DNA of 64,000 nt from Azolla caroliniana (lineage: Eukaryota; Plantae; Polypodiophyta). Where the stretch lies: NCBI GenBank assembly GCA_043228905.1, contig JBHGNT010000007.1, forward strand, positions 22,444,001 through 22,508,000. Direction: 5' to 3'. The translations under genes and the position numbers were made by a program. Of the stretch, positions 48,693-61,506 are shown one piece after another (positions within the stretch are counted from its first letter, which is position 1; each line of letters starts with the position of its first letter). A model generated the notes under the pieces. That model saw only the letters and a list, made by a program, of their open reading frames with translations. It did not search any database and was not told the origin of the DNA.

Positions 48693-49562
48693 TGTTGAAA
48701 GTTGAACTCAACTCCCATATTAATAGGTTTCACACTAGCTTATGATCCTACCAAGCTAGTTTTGTAAATAGTAGAAAGGGCACTTGCCCTAGTTTAGTTG
48801 GTATTTAAACCAATCCCTTGTAACTTAGCTATTGTTGGAAGTATTTTGGTTAATGTAACATACAATCTTTTATCTCTATCTTAAGTTCTCTCTCTCTCTC
48901 TCTCTCTCTCTCTATTTTACCTTATGTACACACACACACAAAGTTCTTCTGATGCATCTCAGTCACTCTTGCTCCTTATTGCTTTACATGGTATCAGAGC
49001 GTGTGGTTGCTTAATCGAATCTATTCAATTGTGTTGTGGTACACGACAACGATCAACAGACAAGAAATCAACATAATGAACACTCAGATAAGAAGCGCTC
49101 TTCCTACCGAGAAGCTTGATAGAACGAATTTCGCATCTTGGGAATACAAGATGCATCAATACCTTGTCAGACAAGGTTACTGGAGCTACATTGAAGGAGC
49201 TCACAAAACTCAACCCAACCCAACACACGCCGACTATCCCGCTTGGGAGCAGGCCGCAAGCCGTGTGTTGTATTGCCTTGCATCATGCGTTCATGATCAT
49301 ATGCTTGGCTATATTCGAGATTCGAAAACACCGAAAGAAGCTTGCGGAAATCTCAAGAATATTTTTGCGGCCAACACGGCTGCACGAAAGCTCCAACTTA
49401 GATAGGAGCTAAACAACATGCAACAGAGGGACATGTCGATCACAGGCTATACCTTAAAGATCAAGGAGTTGTGTGATACCCTCGGTTCGATTAATGTCGT
49501 AATCGACGATGACGAGATAGTGCAAATATGCCTCGGTGGCTTAGCACCCCAATTTGGCTCGA
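48693..49562 (+). mobile_element. Copia-A 5' part (copy 1): 5' LTR, PBS, truncated gag
   Basis: LTR 48693-48988, PBS TGGTATCAGAGC at 48989-49000; gag closely similar to 42020-42590 in inverted orientation. Confidence 0.92.
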
Positions 49563-50117
49563 CGAGAAGGTCGTAAGTTTATCCTCGAATATGATAACAA
49601 TGCCCCTTAAACGACAATGCAAACAATGTGTTGGGTCAAATGAGGGAGAATGTTGAAACTCTCTTACATGTGATTTACCAAGTCAATGCTTTCATATTAG
49701 CATAATGTTCATTCATGTTGTTGTTTTACCCTTGAAAAAATGGCATAAAGATTGATGTCAAAAGGGATTTATTTCACACGGTGCTTTAGGGAATGTACTA
49801 TACACATTAGAAAGTAAAATATAAAAATGTTAGTCCTCTTAACAATTTAATATGAGATCATGTTGAAACAAGGGTTACATAATTTATGTTTATATTTTCT
49901 CCATAACGAAACTAGTGAAACAAATAGTGTTGTTTCTTGATATTTTCTTTTGGTAATGATTCCATTGATAAAAAGAATAGTAATCGTGTGATGAGAAGGG
50001 GGGACATGGTGACCACATGGTAGAGGAGAAAGTGGAGATGAACTGGCTATCAATTTAAGACCCTTATAAATAGCGGAACTATGAAAGCCTAGAAAGAAGA
50101 AGAAGAAGATATTTAAC

Positions 50118-51430
50118 ATGGTTCTCACTTGTAGAAATATCTTTGAATCAATAGCCATGATGACCATACTGATGGGTGTATTAATGGTGATGGTAATGTT
50201 GACCATGCCAGTAGATGGTGCGACCTCAAGTCCAGATCCGAATACCATAAAGTATGTGATGTTGACAACTGTGTCGAATCGAGAGAGAGCTCGTTGCTTG
50301 GCTCACAATAGTTGCTACCTAAAAACCCTCACATGCCCCTCCCAATGTGCGAAACGCATCAACCCCATTGCTGGAAAACCCTCATGCTTCATTGATTGTT
50401 CCACCAAATGCCAAACTACATGCAAAAGTAATCAATTATCGATTAATTTGTTCATTTTTATGTGATTCAATATGATCTTCTCATAGCCATATGGCACATT
50501 GTGTTTTCATACATGTTAAAATAATATTTTAAAAGAGGTTAATAAACATGCATCATCTTACTTCTGTAGAGCGTAAACCGAAGTGCTCTGGCTACTCTTC
50601 TGTTTGCTACGATCCACGCTTCGTTGGTGGGGATGGTGTCATGTTCTACTTCCATGGAAAGGCCAATGAGGATTTTTGCCTACTATCTGACACCAACCTC
50701 CATGTGAATGCACATTTCATTGGCCTTCGCCCGCAAGGTCGGACACGAGACTTTACTTGGGTCCAAGCTCTAGGTATTATGTTTGATAACCACACATTTA
50801 GCATCGGTGCCAAGAAAGTGGCCACATGGACCAATACCGATCATTTCGTGTTCACATATAATGGACAAGAGATTGAATTGGAAGTCGGTGTTGGCAACAC
50901 TTGGAGCTCAGAAATGGGGGAGGTTGAGTTACAGAGGACTTCCGAGACTAATACTATTCAGGCTAGTATAAAACTCAAGTTAAATATTACAAATTTTGTT
51001 CTTTCGCTAATTACAAAATTTTATTTCATCTATATAGGTGGTTATTGACGGAGGTTTGATGGGCATGACCATAGAGGTGGTTCCTATCTCAAAAGAGGAG
51101 GATCAACTACATCATTATGAGTTGCCCGAAAATGATTGTTTTGCCCACCTTAATATCCAATTCAATCATTTCCGTGGCTTATCCGACAATGTGGATGGTG
51201 TGCTAGGACAAACCTATCGACCAAACTTTAAGAACCCTGTCAAAGCAGGTGTACCTATGCCTATCATGGGTGGTGAATCCAAATTTAAGGCCTCTTCCAT
51301 TTTTTCAACTGATTGTATTGCCTCTAAGTTCCATCAAATCTCCAAGTCTTCATCTGCTCTACCTATTGTAGACTTCACTGCACAATGCACATCATCTTCC
51401 AACAATGGTGGTATTGTTTGTCGTCGCTAA
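50118..51430 (+). CDS. Root cap / late-embryogenesis-abundant-related secreted protein (3 exons: 50118-50427, 50570-50961, 51038-51430)
   Basis: Signal-peptide-like N-terminus and Cys-rich domain, then CYDPRFVGGDGVMFYFHG, RDFTWVQALG, DCFAHL, VDGVLGQTY, MPIMGG and GGIVCRR*. Exon phases are consistent; intron 2 needs a GC donor. Confidence 0.9.
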
Positions 51431-53211
51431 ACCTATGAGAGGAGAGGGTCAATAATTATTTGCAATCAATTGCAAACCCTTCCACCATTTATGGATTCTT
51501 TGTCACCATTGCTCATTAACCTAGCACGCATATGTGCAATATGTCAAAATTAGGAGTTATAAATTGATTTCCATAGAATATTATGTCGTTTGTCATTTTT
51601 AATTTTAGTTCAACATGGATATGATGCAGCATCATGCTCTAATTGATGTGAGTTTATATTTGACAATGTTACCATTAGAATTACTTCATATGCCTTGGGA
51701 TATATAATTCCATAGAATTTGTGTCTTCAACCTCCATTACTTCCTCTTGTTCATTGTCTAATCTTTGAAAGCAAGGACCTTGCAATAATTTGTATTAATG
51801 AGAAAATAATAGAGAACCTGATCTAGTTATCATTGATGAGGGACCCAAAACCTTCAGTGTTTATTATTGCATTTTTAGATAGGGGTTGACTCTTCTAGTC
51901 CCACAATAATGTATCGTTGCTTAGGCCCTTCTCATGGTCCTAGATCTACTGCGGGGTCATGGTTGCACTTTCTATAGGTTCACATTTAGCTAAGAATACT
52001 ATATTACAATCTATTGGCTCTTTGCACCTCCTAGCTTTGTTGACTAGTGTATCCATTTTTTAAAGCATCTTTGATAACTTTTTTATTTGTGTGCCCTTAC
52101 TCTCTTCCCCCCGACCACTAGATGAGGTTGTCGATCCATGCTTCTAATTTACCCCCATGCTTTCCAATATATCAAACCTAAAATACCCTATCCAAAACGA
52201 CTTGAGAATTAGCCAAGTACATCCTCAACATGTGAGATGTCGTTAGATATCCCTACTCATGTGCTTCGCCTAGAAGTTCGCAATAAAGAAGAGGATTATT
52301 TCATGAAATATAATAGTTTATAATAGTTAGTATATTGTATGGTTAGTCTAATGTTCAAAGAGTGTTCACAAGGTGTCTCAGATGCACAAACTTATAGGTG
52401 GCTATTTATCATAGAGGGGTGCATGGTGGCACCCATTCAGGGTGTACATTTTCTATACTTGGTTGTACATAAAGGGGGTTCCCACCGTAGTTGTACTCAA
52501 GAAGTTCAACACCAATTTTTGGGTATATTGGATTCTATCTATTCTCATCCTCCTCTTCATCATTTTTGCTTCTCATTTTTTGTCTTTTTTGCATTTTATT
52601 ACCTGCTTTAATTCTTTCTTGTTGAGCTTCGTTTCATAGTAGTAAGAGTAAAGTATTAAACCAAAATGTCTTAGCAATTGAACCATTTTTTTAACTAGTT
52701 ATAATATGTAGAAGAACTCTTTGACCTTAAACAAGGAGCATGATCTGGGACATTATGATCTAGGACATATTGTGTGAATTCATTAACAACGAGAACTATA
52801 TTAGGTTCAAATAGTTTGTCAATATCCACCCCCTTGATGGTTGTTTCTTCCATAAGTGGAGTTTGTTTTACCTTATGACATAGTGTGGGTGGGGGTTCTA
52901 CTTTTTTCTCTACTATCTTACCCTCCACTAGATTGTATAATTATAGACTTTGTATACACGTAATGGATTGGTAATGGAAACTACGGTGTAGTTTGAAAAA
53001 GAAAGAATTATATTAGGTTCATGTGATCATTGTAGAAAATGATCTGGTGGGGAGAAGCTTCCAAGATGTGGGGCTAATGGCGAAAAGATCCTCCACATGA
53101 GAATTCGAAAGCTAGAGAACAAAAACTCTGATTGAAAAGGGTTTCTTTTCCCGATTTGAGCCCATTTGAAACTGCGCAGCACCGGCTTTACAAGGTAAGG
53201 ATTAGAATTAG

Positions 53212-53470
53212 TTTACGGTCTGACGTGAAGCGACAGCGAGCCCAAATCGGGGCCGATGGTACAAGCCGGTAGACACGTGAAACGAGACAAGGATCAGAAT
53301 CAGTTTACAATCTAACGTGAAGCGACAACGAGCCCAAATCGGGGCCGATGGTACAAGCCTCTAGACACGTGAAACGAGACAAGGATAAGAATCGGTTTAC
53401 GGTCTTGAAGTGAAGCGACAACGAGCCCAAATCGGGGCCGAGATGAAACAAGCCTCTAGACACCTGAAAC
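53212..53470. repeat. ~92-bp tandem repeat, about 2.8 copies, upstream of NADP-MDH
   Basis: Unit TTAC..TCT..CGTGAAGCGACA.CGAGCCCAAATCGGGGCCGATGGTACAAGCC..TAGACACGTGAAACGAGACAAGGAT.AGAATC. Confidence 0.9.
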
Positions 53471-53904
53471 CAGAGAAGCGAAGAAGCCGAAGCTGGCAAT
53501 TAAAGGCCATGGCGGTTTACGTGGTTCGGTTCGGTTCGGTTCGGTTCAGGTTGGACCGATTCTTCCTGGGCCCCCAAAAGCTTGGAGAAAGGAGAGCCAT
53601 GGCTTGCTTTTCTTTGCTTTTGGGACCATCTCTCTCTCTCTGTCTGTCTGTCTGTGTCTGTGTGTCTGTGTCTGAATGAATGAAGAAATGAAAGAACAGA
53701 TGATTTTGTTTTATATTCCTTTCCAATGAATGGATAAGGTGAATTGAGGCCACACACAGAGACAGAGAGGAAAGGAAAGGAAAGGCAAGGCAAGGAAAGC
53801 AGCAGCAAGACGAAACAGGGGAAGGCCCCCCCACCATCGCTATCAAGCACTGACAAGAAGACTCTTTCCTGTGGAGAATCCATCAGGCTTACAATGAAAG
53901 ACCT

Positions 53905-54037
53905 CCTAACCCTCATCATTGTATATATATAGACGCTCGCATTCGGATCTAGTTTCCACATCCTCCCACGCTTTCCTCTGATCTCGTCCCTCCTCTCCAG
54001 CTCTCTCTTTCTCTCTTTCTCTCTCTCTCTCTCAGAG
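53905..54037 (+). promoter_or_regulatory. Putative TATA box and non-coding first exon of NADP-MDH
   Basis: TATATATA at 53922-53931, CT-rich leader, AG|GTAAGT donor at 54038 and GCAG acceptor at 55081-55084 upstream of the ATG. Confidence 0.55.
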
Positions 54038-54431
54038 GTAAGTTCTCTGCCTCATTTGCCCTAATTCTTCTCTGGAGCTAGGTTTATGCTATGACCACTG
54101 TGGCTCTGAATGAATGCAAGAAGAATACGGAAGAACTCTGTTGTTTCGTTTGGTCTTGTTTATGTAATCTTCTCTTCTAGCTGGGCAATTCATTTGGCCC
54201 AGATTTAGGCTAAACTTTTGAACTGTTTTCCCTTCTTCATTTGATGCAAAGACCTTCACAAATAAGCATTAGAATTAGATTTAGGGTTTCCCATGAAACT
54301 TTTGCATTCAATCATCAAATCTCAAATCTGAATATGGACATTAATTTTCTTGTAAGCACTCTAAATTACCTGTCCATTATTATATAATGAATCTTACACA
54401 CATACACATACTGATTCATTTACAGATAGTG

Positions 54432-54559
54432 AAACTGATATTGATATTGATACTGATACTGATACTGATACTGATACTGATACTGATACTGATACTGATA
54501 CATGTACATGTACATGTACATCTACATCTACATCTACATCAACATCAACATCTGCATAT

Positions 54560-54595
<36 letters not shown>

Positions 54596-54629
54596 TATGC
54601 ATATTCATTTTTGTTTTCAAATCCATATA

Positions 54630-54665
<36 letters not shown>

Positions 54666-54688
54666 TGTATAATATATATATATATATA
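54432..54688. repeat. Compound microsatellite (GATACT)n-(CATGTA)n-(CATCTA)n-(CA)n-(TA)n-(TATG)n
   Basis: Visible directly; lies in the putative 5' UTR intron. Confidence 0.95.
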
Positions 54689-55112
54689 CTTTCTAGATCA
54701 GGCACACATTTACTGTAATTCAGATCTTTTGTTTCACATTCTATGACTAAGCAGGATTTTATATCGGGAAGAGAAACTCCCAAATACCCTCAATGTTTTC
54801 TTTATTTCCTCAAAATGCTCTTGGGTTTTCATAATTTCACCAAAAACCCTTGGTCAACCCCCAAAAGAGAGAAAAAGCAGATCTATTGGCCATCTAATTA
54901 CTCAAATAGCACATAGATTTGAATGAAAGGGGATCATGTAATAGTTCTATTAGGGCTTTGACCAAGAGCATTTGGGGAGATAATGAAAACTTTGGGACAT
55001 TTGGGAAAGTAAAGAAATAGTCTGGGATACTTGTAATTATAAAAGTGAGTTTCTTGAACTTCTTTCCCTCTCATTGTGATGCAGATAAAGTTTGAGATCT
55101 TCACACAAATCA

Positions 55113-58100
55113 ATGGCTGATATGACCACGTTATCTATGAACATATCCTCCTTCCATGGAGATTACTCGGTTGCAAATGTTGAACTAGGAAAGCCAGATC
55201 AATCTTTCAAGTTGAAAAGTGTATTCCTTGGCCACAAAGCTCAAGTTTTGAAGTCTTCTTTGCATTTGGCTCCCACAAAGGGTTTCTCCATCGCACAATC
55301 ACACAAAATATTTTGCTCTATAGCTGAACCAAGGTATTTAATCTAATATTCTAGTTGGATCATTGTGTATACAACATAACTTGACACCTCTTGATCATGC
55401 AATCACATAGAATATTTTACTTCACAGCTGAAGAAAGCTATTTAGTTAAGTATAGTATTTGGGTCATTGTGTGTACAACTCAGCAAGATACATGTTCTCT
55501 TGATCACGGAACAATTAGAATATTTTTTTCTCAAGCTGAATAAAGGTAATTAATCAAATATAGTAATTGATTCATTCCATATAAACCAGTAACGGCTCAG
55601 ACAGTTTCGGCTTAGTCAAGATTAAATCAATTCCCAATGCGGCAATGACTTGGGATATTCTCCTCTGCAGCTGAACAATGACTTGGAATTAGGTTATTTT
55701 GCAATAGTTGGACTGTTTTGACAGTCCCAAAATTGCTCAATCAGGCAATCACATTGTTATGTGCATATATATAACCTACCTTTTAAGAGTCAATTAAAAG
55801 GCGAAAATGAGGCCAATTGGCTTACTTATCCATTTTTCTTGGCCCAACATAAAATAAGAATAAAGCAAGCAACAGTTTAAACGTGTTAATTTTTATATCA
55901 ATTTGTTAGGATTGACATCAATAAATTATTGACTATGTACTTAATGACATAAGAATGCTAGAAATAACTCTCCTTACAACCATTTATCCCCCATACTGAG
56001 GCTCATTAGCAAGGATAAGTAATTAGATACATCCCATACTATACATATTTACATCTAGCATTGTGGTCACTGCCATTCCAAGAATGACAGTAATGAGAAA
56101 TGAATAGAAGGTCAAGACCATCCACATGCAAATGTCCCTAACTTCTTTAGTCTTTTAAATGACTCCTAAAGAGAAGTCATAGGTACGCAGATAACACACT
56201 TAGAATATGGTGCTCTATACCTGAAGAAAAGTAATTTATAAAGGATAGTAGTTGGATCATGTGTAGCCACGTGCTTGTTGGCAAAGGTTAGAAGATAGAC
56301 TGGGTCATTTGTATACACATGCCATTTTCATGCTTCTATCAAGTGTGCTGTAGCTGCTGGGAGCGTGTGGGCTCCTTCAGATGGTTCTCAATTGGGCAAT
56401 CGTATTGAATATTTAGTTTTATAGCTGAACAAATGTGATGCAATGAAGATAGTAATTGGGTCATTGTGCCTATCAATCCTGCCCTGGTTGCTTCAGCACA
56501 ACAGGGATGCTTCCCAATTGTGAAATTACATGGATTAATGTTTACAATAACTGAAAAAAGATGATCAATAAAAATAGATTAATTGGGTCAATATGCATAC
56601 ATCCTTCAGTGAGCGGGTTCCATCATCATGCTTCTATTGAGTGTTTCCAGGAATGTCTTGGAAAATTGGCCCTATCATGATAATTGTTGTGAGTTGGAAG
56701 TTCGATTCTAGCATATTGTGCTCAATAGCTCAGAACAAAGTCAAGATATTAATTATAGTAGTTGGTTTAATGTATAGTGATATTGCCATGATTCTATCAA
56801 TTGTGTCATTCTTGACCCTAAGCATCATTACTTCAATGGTGTAATTAAAAGGGGGTCACGCTAGTTTGGTTGGGGTGGTTAAAAGGGGGTCACCCTAGTT
56901 AGTAATCTTTCCTATGGGCAGGTTTGAAGACCAAAGTATCATTTCTGCCGCCTGGGATTAATTGTGGGTCCTAAATCAAGCCTAGTGAAAAAAAATATAC
57001 ATGAATTCTACTCTCAGATTGAGTGCTAGCTCTATGTTATCCAGAATTGTTTGGATGTCAAAAGTCATTGGGATAATGCTAATGAGAGAAAAGGGTATCC
57101 AATATGTATTGACTTCAAAGAGATTTTCCTTCTGTTTTCAAATGCAGGCAAGCAAATGGGTTTGATTCAGTTACAATCACTCCAGATGGCACCCGGGTGG
57201 AGTGCTATGGTGTCTTTTGTGTCACCTATGATCTAAAAGAGGTACTTTGAAAAATGTTGAATATACTCGTTCGAAGATGTAAATTTGTGTCATACATGCC
57301 TATCATGATCTCTTGGCACGGTTTTTACAAATATATTATATCTACAAGTTTTTGATGGCTCTCTGACTCCTTCAATGATTTTAGGATGAAAAACCAAAAT
57401 CCTGGAAGAAGCTCTTGCGAATAGCTGTCTCTGGGGCTGCCGGAACCATCTCAAATCATTTACTATTCAAGGTATCATTCAGAAAAGTAAATGCATTGGA
57501 CAACATCAGTTATTACTGACACCGTCTCTCTAAAGACATGGTCTACTGTGTTGAGAACCTTAGTTTCAATTTTGTTTCTCCCTTGTACCTGATCTAATAT
57601 GTCAGGATGAAAACATAGTTGTGTTATTCATGAAGGATTGAGTGATATTTCTGATTCTTGTCAAACTGATAGATTAATGCTTGCTAATTTGTCAATCTCC
57701 CTTATGGGTTCCGAAAATGCTATTCTCATCAAGACATTCGCTTTAGCAAGAGGCAATGCATCACGATTGCTGCTTTAAACCTAAATGCCTTCGTTAAGAA
57801 ACTCACCGTTCTTGTTGCTTGCAGATAGCATCAGGAGAAGTATTTGGGGCAGATCAACCAATTGCACTCAGTCTCCTTGGGTCTGACAGGTCACGGAGTG
57901 CTCTGGAAGGTGGGTTATATATATGTATATATATATATTAATAAACATTCGATTTTTTATGTATTTCGTTTGTGTTATAAGCTTTTCGGTTGTATTATGC
58001 ACTCACATAACCTTACTTAAGGGAGTCGATAATAAGGCTAGAGAAGATATGCCCAGTGGCACGTGGATGGCCTTTCTCCATGTACGATCCAGCTATCCAT

Positions 58101-61100
58101 GGAAGGTACAGTAATGGGGTAGCTAGATCTTTATCCAAACCATAGCTATCTAGAATTTATCTCTAGCCTCGTTATCCTCATTAAGGTCATGGGTATGTAC
58201 ATACCATAAGCACATTCTATCCTACTTTGAAAGGTTCATGAACACTTGAGGTAATGCTGTAGGTGTTGCAATGGAGCTAGAGGATTCTTTATATCCCTTG
58301 CTAAGAGAGGTGAATCTTGGTACGGACCCCTATGAAGTGTTTCGTGATGCGGATTGGGCTCTTCTGATCGGCGCCAAGCCCCGTGGTCCAGGAATGGAGC
58401 GTGCGGACCTTCTTGATATCAATGGACAGATATTTGCGGAGCAGGTGCATTTAATACATACATACATACATACATATACACATACATACACATCTATATA
58501 TATATATATACATATATAAGAAGGCACACCAATGCACCTGTAACCTTTTGCATATTTACCAGCATACCCAATGGTTAACCCCTAACATTTTGCATTTTTA
58601 CTGAGGTACAGCTAATTAATAAGCTTACTCAACTCCTAATGTTAGGGGTTCTCTAATGTTTTTCATGTTTACCAGGATATCCTTTCAGTTTCGGAAACTG
58701 CCAGAATACCCCTCGGTTCACCAAAATATCCCTAATTAAGCTTAAGCAACACTTATATACATGGTTTGAATGCATATATAGCATCATTGTCTTTTATGAC
58801 TGGCAATCATTTCAACCTATTTTCTTTTTCTCTTTCCAGGGGAAAGCTCTTAATGCAGTAGCTAACCAAAATGTGAAGGTTATCGTTGTTGGGAACCCTT
58901 GTAATACAAAGTATGTGCTTCAATATAACCAAATTCTATATGTTTCTGTTCTATAATGGTGTGACTAGGTCTTCCATTAACTTAAATTGTGTCTTACAGT
59001 GCGCTGATTTGCATGAAGAATGCACCGAAAATTCCAAAGAAGAATTTCCATGCCTTAACTCGGCTGGATGAGAACAGAGCAAAATGTCAGGTGAGCAAAT
59101 TTTGGCATTTTTTGGTTTTACGAAATCTTTACTGATGTTATGAGCATATATCCATAACCTTAGTGAGACAAAAGCCCATGTATAGGATTCAATGTTTTTT
59201 TGGTTATTCCTCATGCTGTGTCACCATATGTAAGTGAGCTCAATCGTACTCATGTTATGAAGAGAGAATTATTACTTTCCATGGTACTTTTCTTCACTTT
59301 CTTGCTTGCACTAACTGGTTGTGATGCATGATTACCCTAACATACATTGATCCACCCTAGATTTACAACCAATTATAAGGTCAAGACCCAGTATTTATAG
59401 GTCAATCTCTGGGTTGTTGACTCCCTAAGATTATGTCTATGCCCTTACAACAACCAAGAGTATATATGAAAGATAGTAAAATTTGATCCTCATCGATCTC
59501 TTTGTTTCGAGATGTTCACGAGCAGCTTGCTCTAAAAGCAGGGGTTTTCTATGACAAAGTCTCCAATGTGACTATCTGGGGCAATCATTCTACTACTCAG
59601 GTAATTAATCATTTGTTTGTTTTTTCCATTATTATACTTAAGCAATAAATAGGAAATAGATTCCGTTATGATCATGAAATAACTTATTATAACCTAGTTA
59701 TTTCTCACAAAGGAAAACAGCTTAACAAACCCTCTTCATCTGTCAGGTGCCTGATTTTGTGAATGCCAAAATCAATGGAAAACCTGTGACTGATGTTATT
59801 AAAGACCAGAAATGGTTGGAAGAAGAGTTCACACCAACAGTTCAGAAGGCAAGACATATAAATCACATGTGAAGGCTGTGACTATAGTCATAGTAGCGAA
59901 ATGTGTAAAAAATAACTGTGTTCTTTTGCAGAGGGGTGGTGTACTAATAAAGAAATGGGGCCGATCTTCGGCAGCGTCGACAGCTGTTTCTATTGCTGAT
60001 GCTATGAAATCCCTGGTCACACCGACAAAAGAAGGGGATTGGTTTTCTAGCGGAGTAAGCTTCGAGGATTTCATGATGATTTGTACATGTATTTATATGT
60101 ATGCATGTTTATGTATATGCATACATACACAAACGCACACACTCTCTCTCTATTTTATATATAAACATGCACTTAAATGCAGCCATACATACATAAAATA
60201 TACTATATATATATATATATATATCTACCACAGTATATGTATGAATGTTAACATGTGTACATACACACATTCAGATACGTATGTATATGATTTTTTTGGG
60301 CTAATGCAACAGGGAGATACACACACATAATATGATTTTATTTTGCACCTGTTGATAGGTATACACAGAAGGGAACACATATGGAATTGACAATGATCTG
60401 GTTTTCAGCGTCCCTTGCAGATCGAAGGTGAGGAATTATTTCAATTTCGTAACAGCTTCCTAAACTCAGAGACCAAAGTATATATGTCTTCCTATGTGCC
60501 ATACAACATACCTGAATTTTAAAAGAATTTGCTGTGAGAGTGTGAGATCTTGATCAATCTCGGGAAAGTAAAATAACAGCCCTTACATTTATGCAGAATT
60601 TTTCAGTAAACATTTTTCTCCGACGGAAAAGAATCTTGATCCAATGGAAAATGACAACCCTTAAATTTATGCAATATTTTTTAGTTAACATTTTTTTCTG
60701 AAATAATTATGGATGAAATGAAGTGATTCAAAGATGCTGTGAAGATAAAAAACAGAGAAACATATCAAGAAAATAAGAAAGTGCCAAGCCGAAATATTTA
60801 AGAAATGACAATAAAATAAACAAGGCAGTTCCTATGTGCATGATCATTTGAATGTGTGGGCTCCTTTTAAATACATATTGCATATATGTGTAGATATATA
60901 TGCATATGAATATACATCTGTAGATGTATGAATTCGACATGACGTATGTTTGTATACATGCACCGTCATTGCATGTTAGAAAGCTCGGACTTGCACTGCT
61001 TGAAGTAAAAACATTTAATTGCATTGATCTACAGGGTGATGGAGACTACGAGATAGTCCCGGATCTGGAAATTAATGATTGGCTTGCTGAGCGTATCAAG

Positions 61101-61506
61101 AAGGTACTTCTTTTTGAGTACTCATTTTGGGTTGATGAAAATTTTGGTTCCTACGTAGCGCTTCCAAATATGTTTTATATTCATTTTACTTCTTTATTTT
61201 CGTGCATTAATGTGAATGAATATCCTCTCTTTTTCTCCCTTTCGTTTGTGGGTCGATCAACCATCAGAGTGAAGAAGAGCTTATTTCAGAAAGAAAATGT
61301 GTGGCACACTTGATTGGAGAGGTGGGTTTATGGGTTATTTTTATGGTATATTTATTTTACAAATTATTTTCTTTTATTCATTTCAGAATTTACGATGTAT
61401 ATGAATAATGATAATATTAGTTAGAAATGTATTTTTGTTTTCATTTTATCAGGAGAATGGGTACTGTAGTATTACAGAGGATACGATGCTTCCTGGGGAA
61501 CAATAA
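55113..61506 (+). CDS. NADP-MDH: Chloroplast NADP-dependent malate dehydrogenase; exons 55113-55333, 57148-57241, 57385-57471, 57825-57909, 58263-58444, 58840-58910, 59000-59090, 59526-59600, 59747-59848, 59932-60054, 60359-60427, 61035-61103, 61268-61321, 61453-61506
   Basis: Transit peptide, [117 protein letters not shown]. All splice phases are consistent. Confidence 0.97.

Noticed and set aside
51800-52930. Short ORFs (52339-52611, 52695-52928) as genes
   Set aside because: No recognisable motifs or splice structure; probably old TE debris.
54387-54783. ORFs with poly-IL, poly-VS and poly-HT
   Set aside because: Translations of intronic microsatellites; the same applies to 3476-3703 and 42450-42734.
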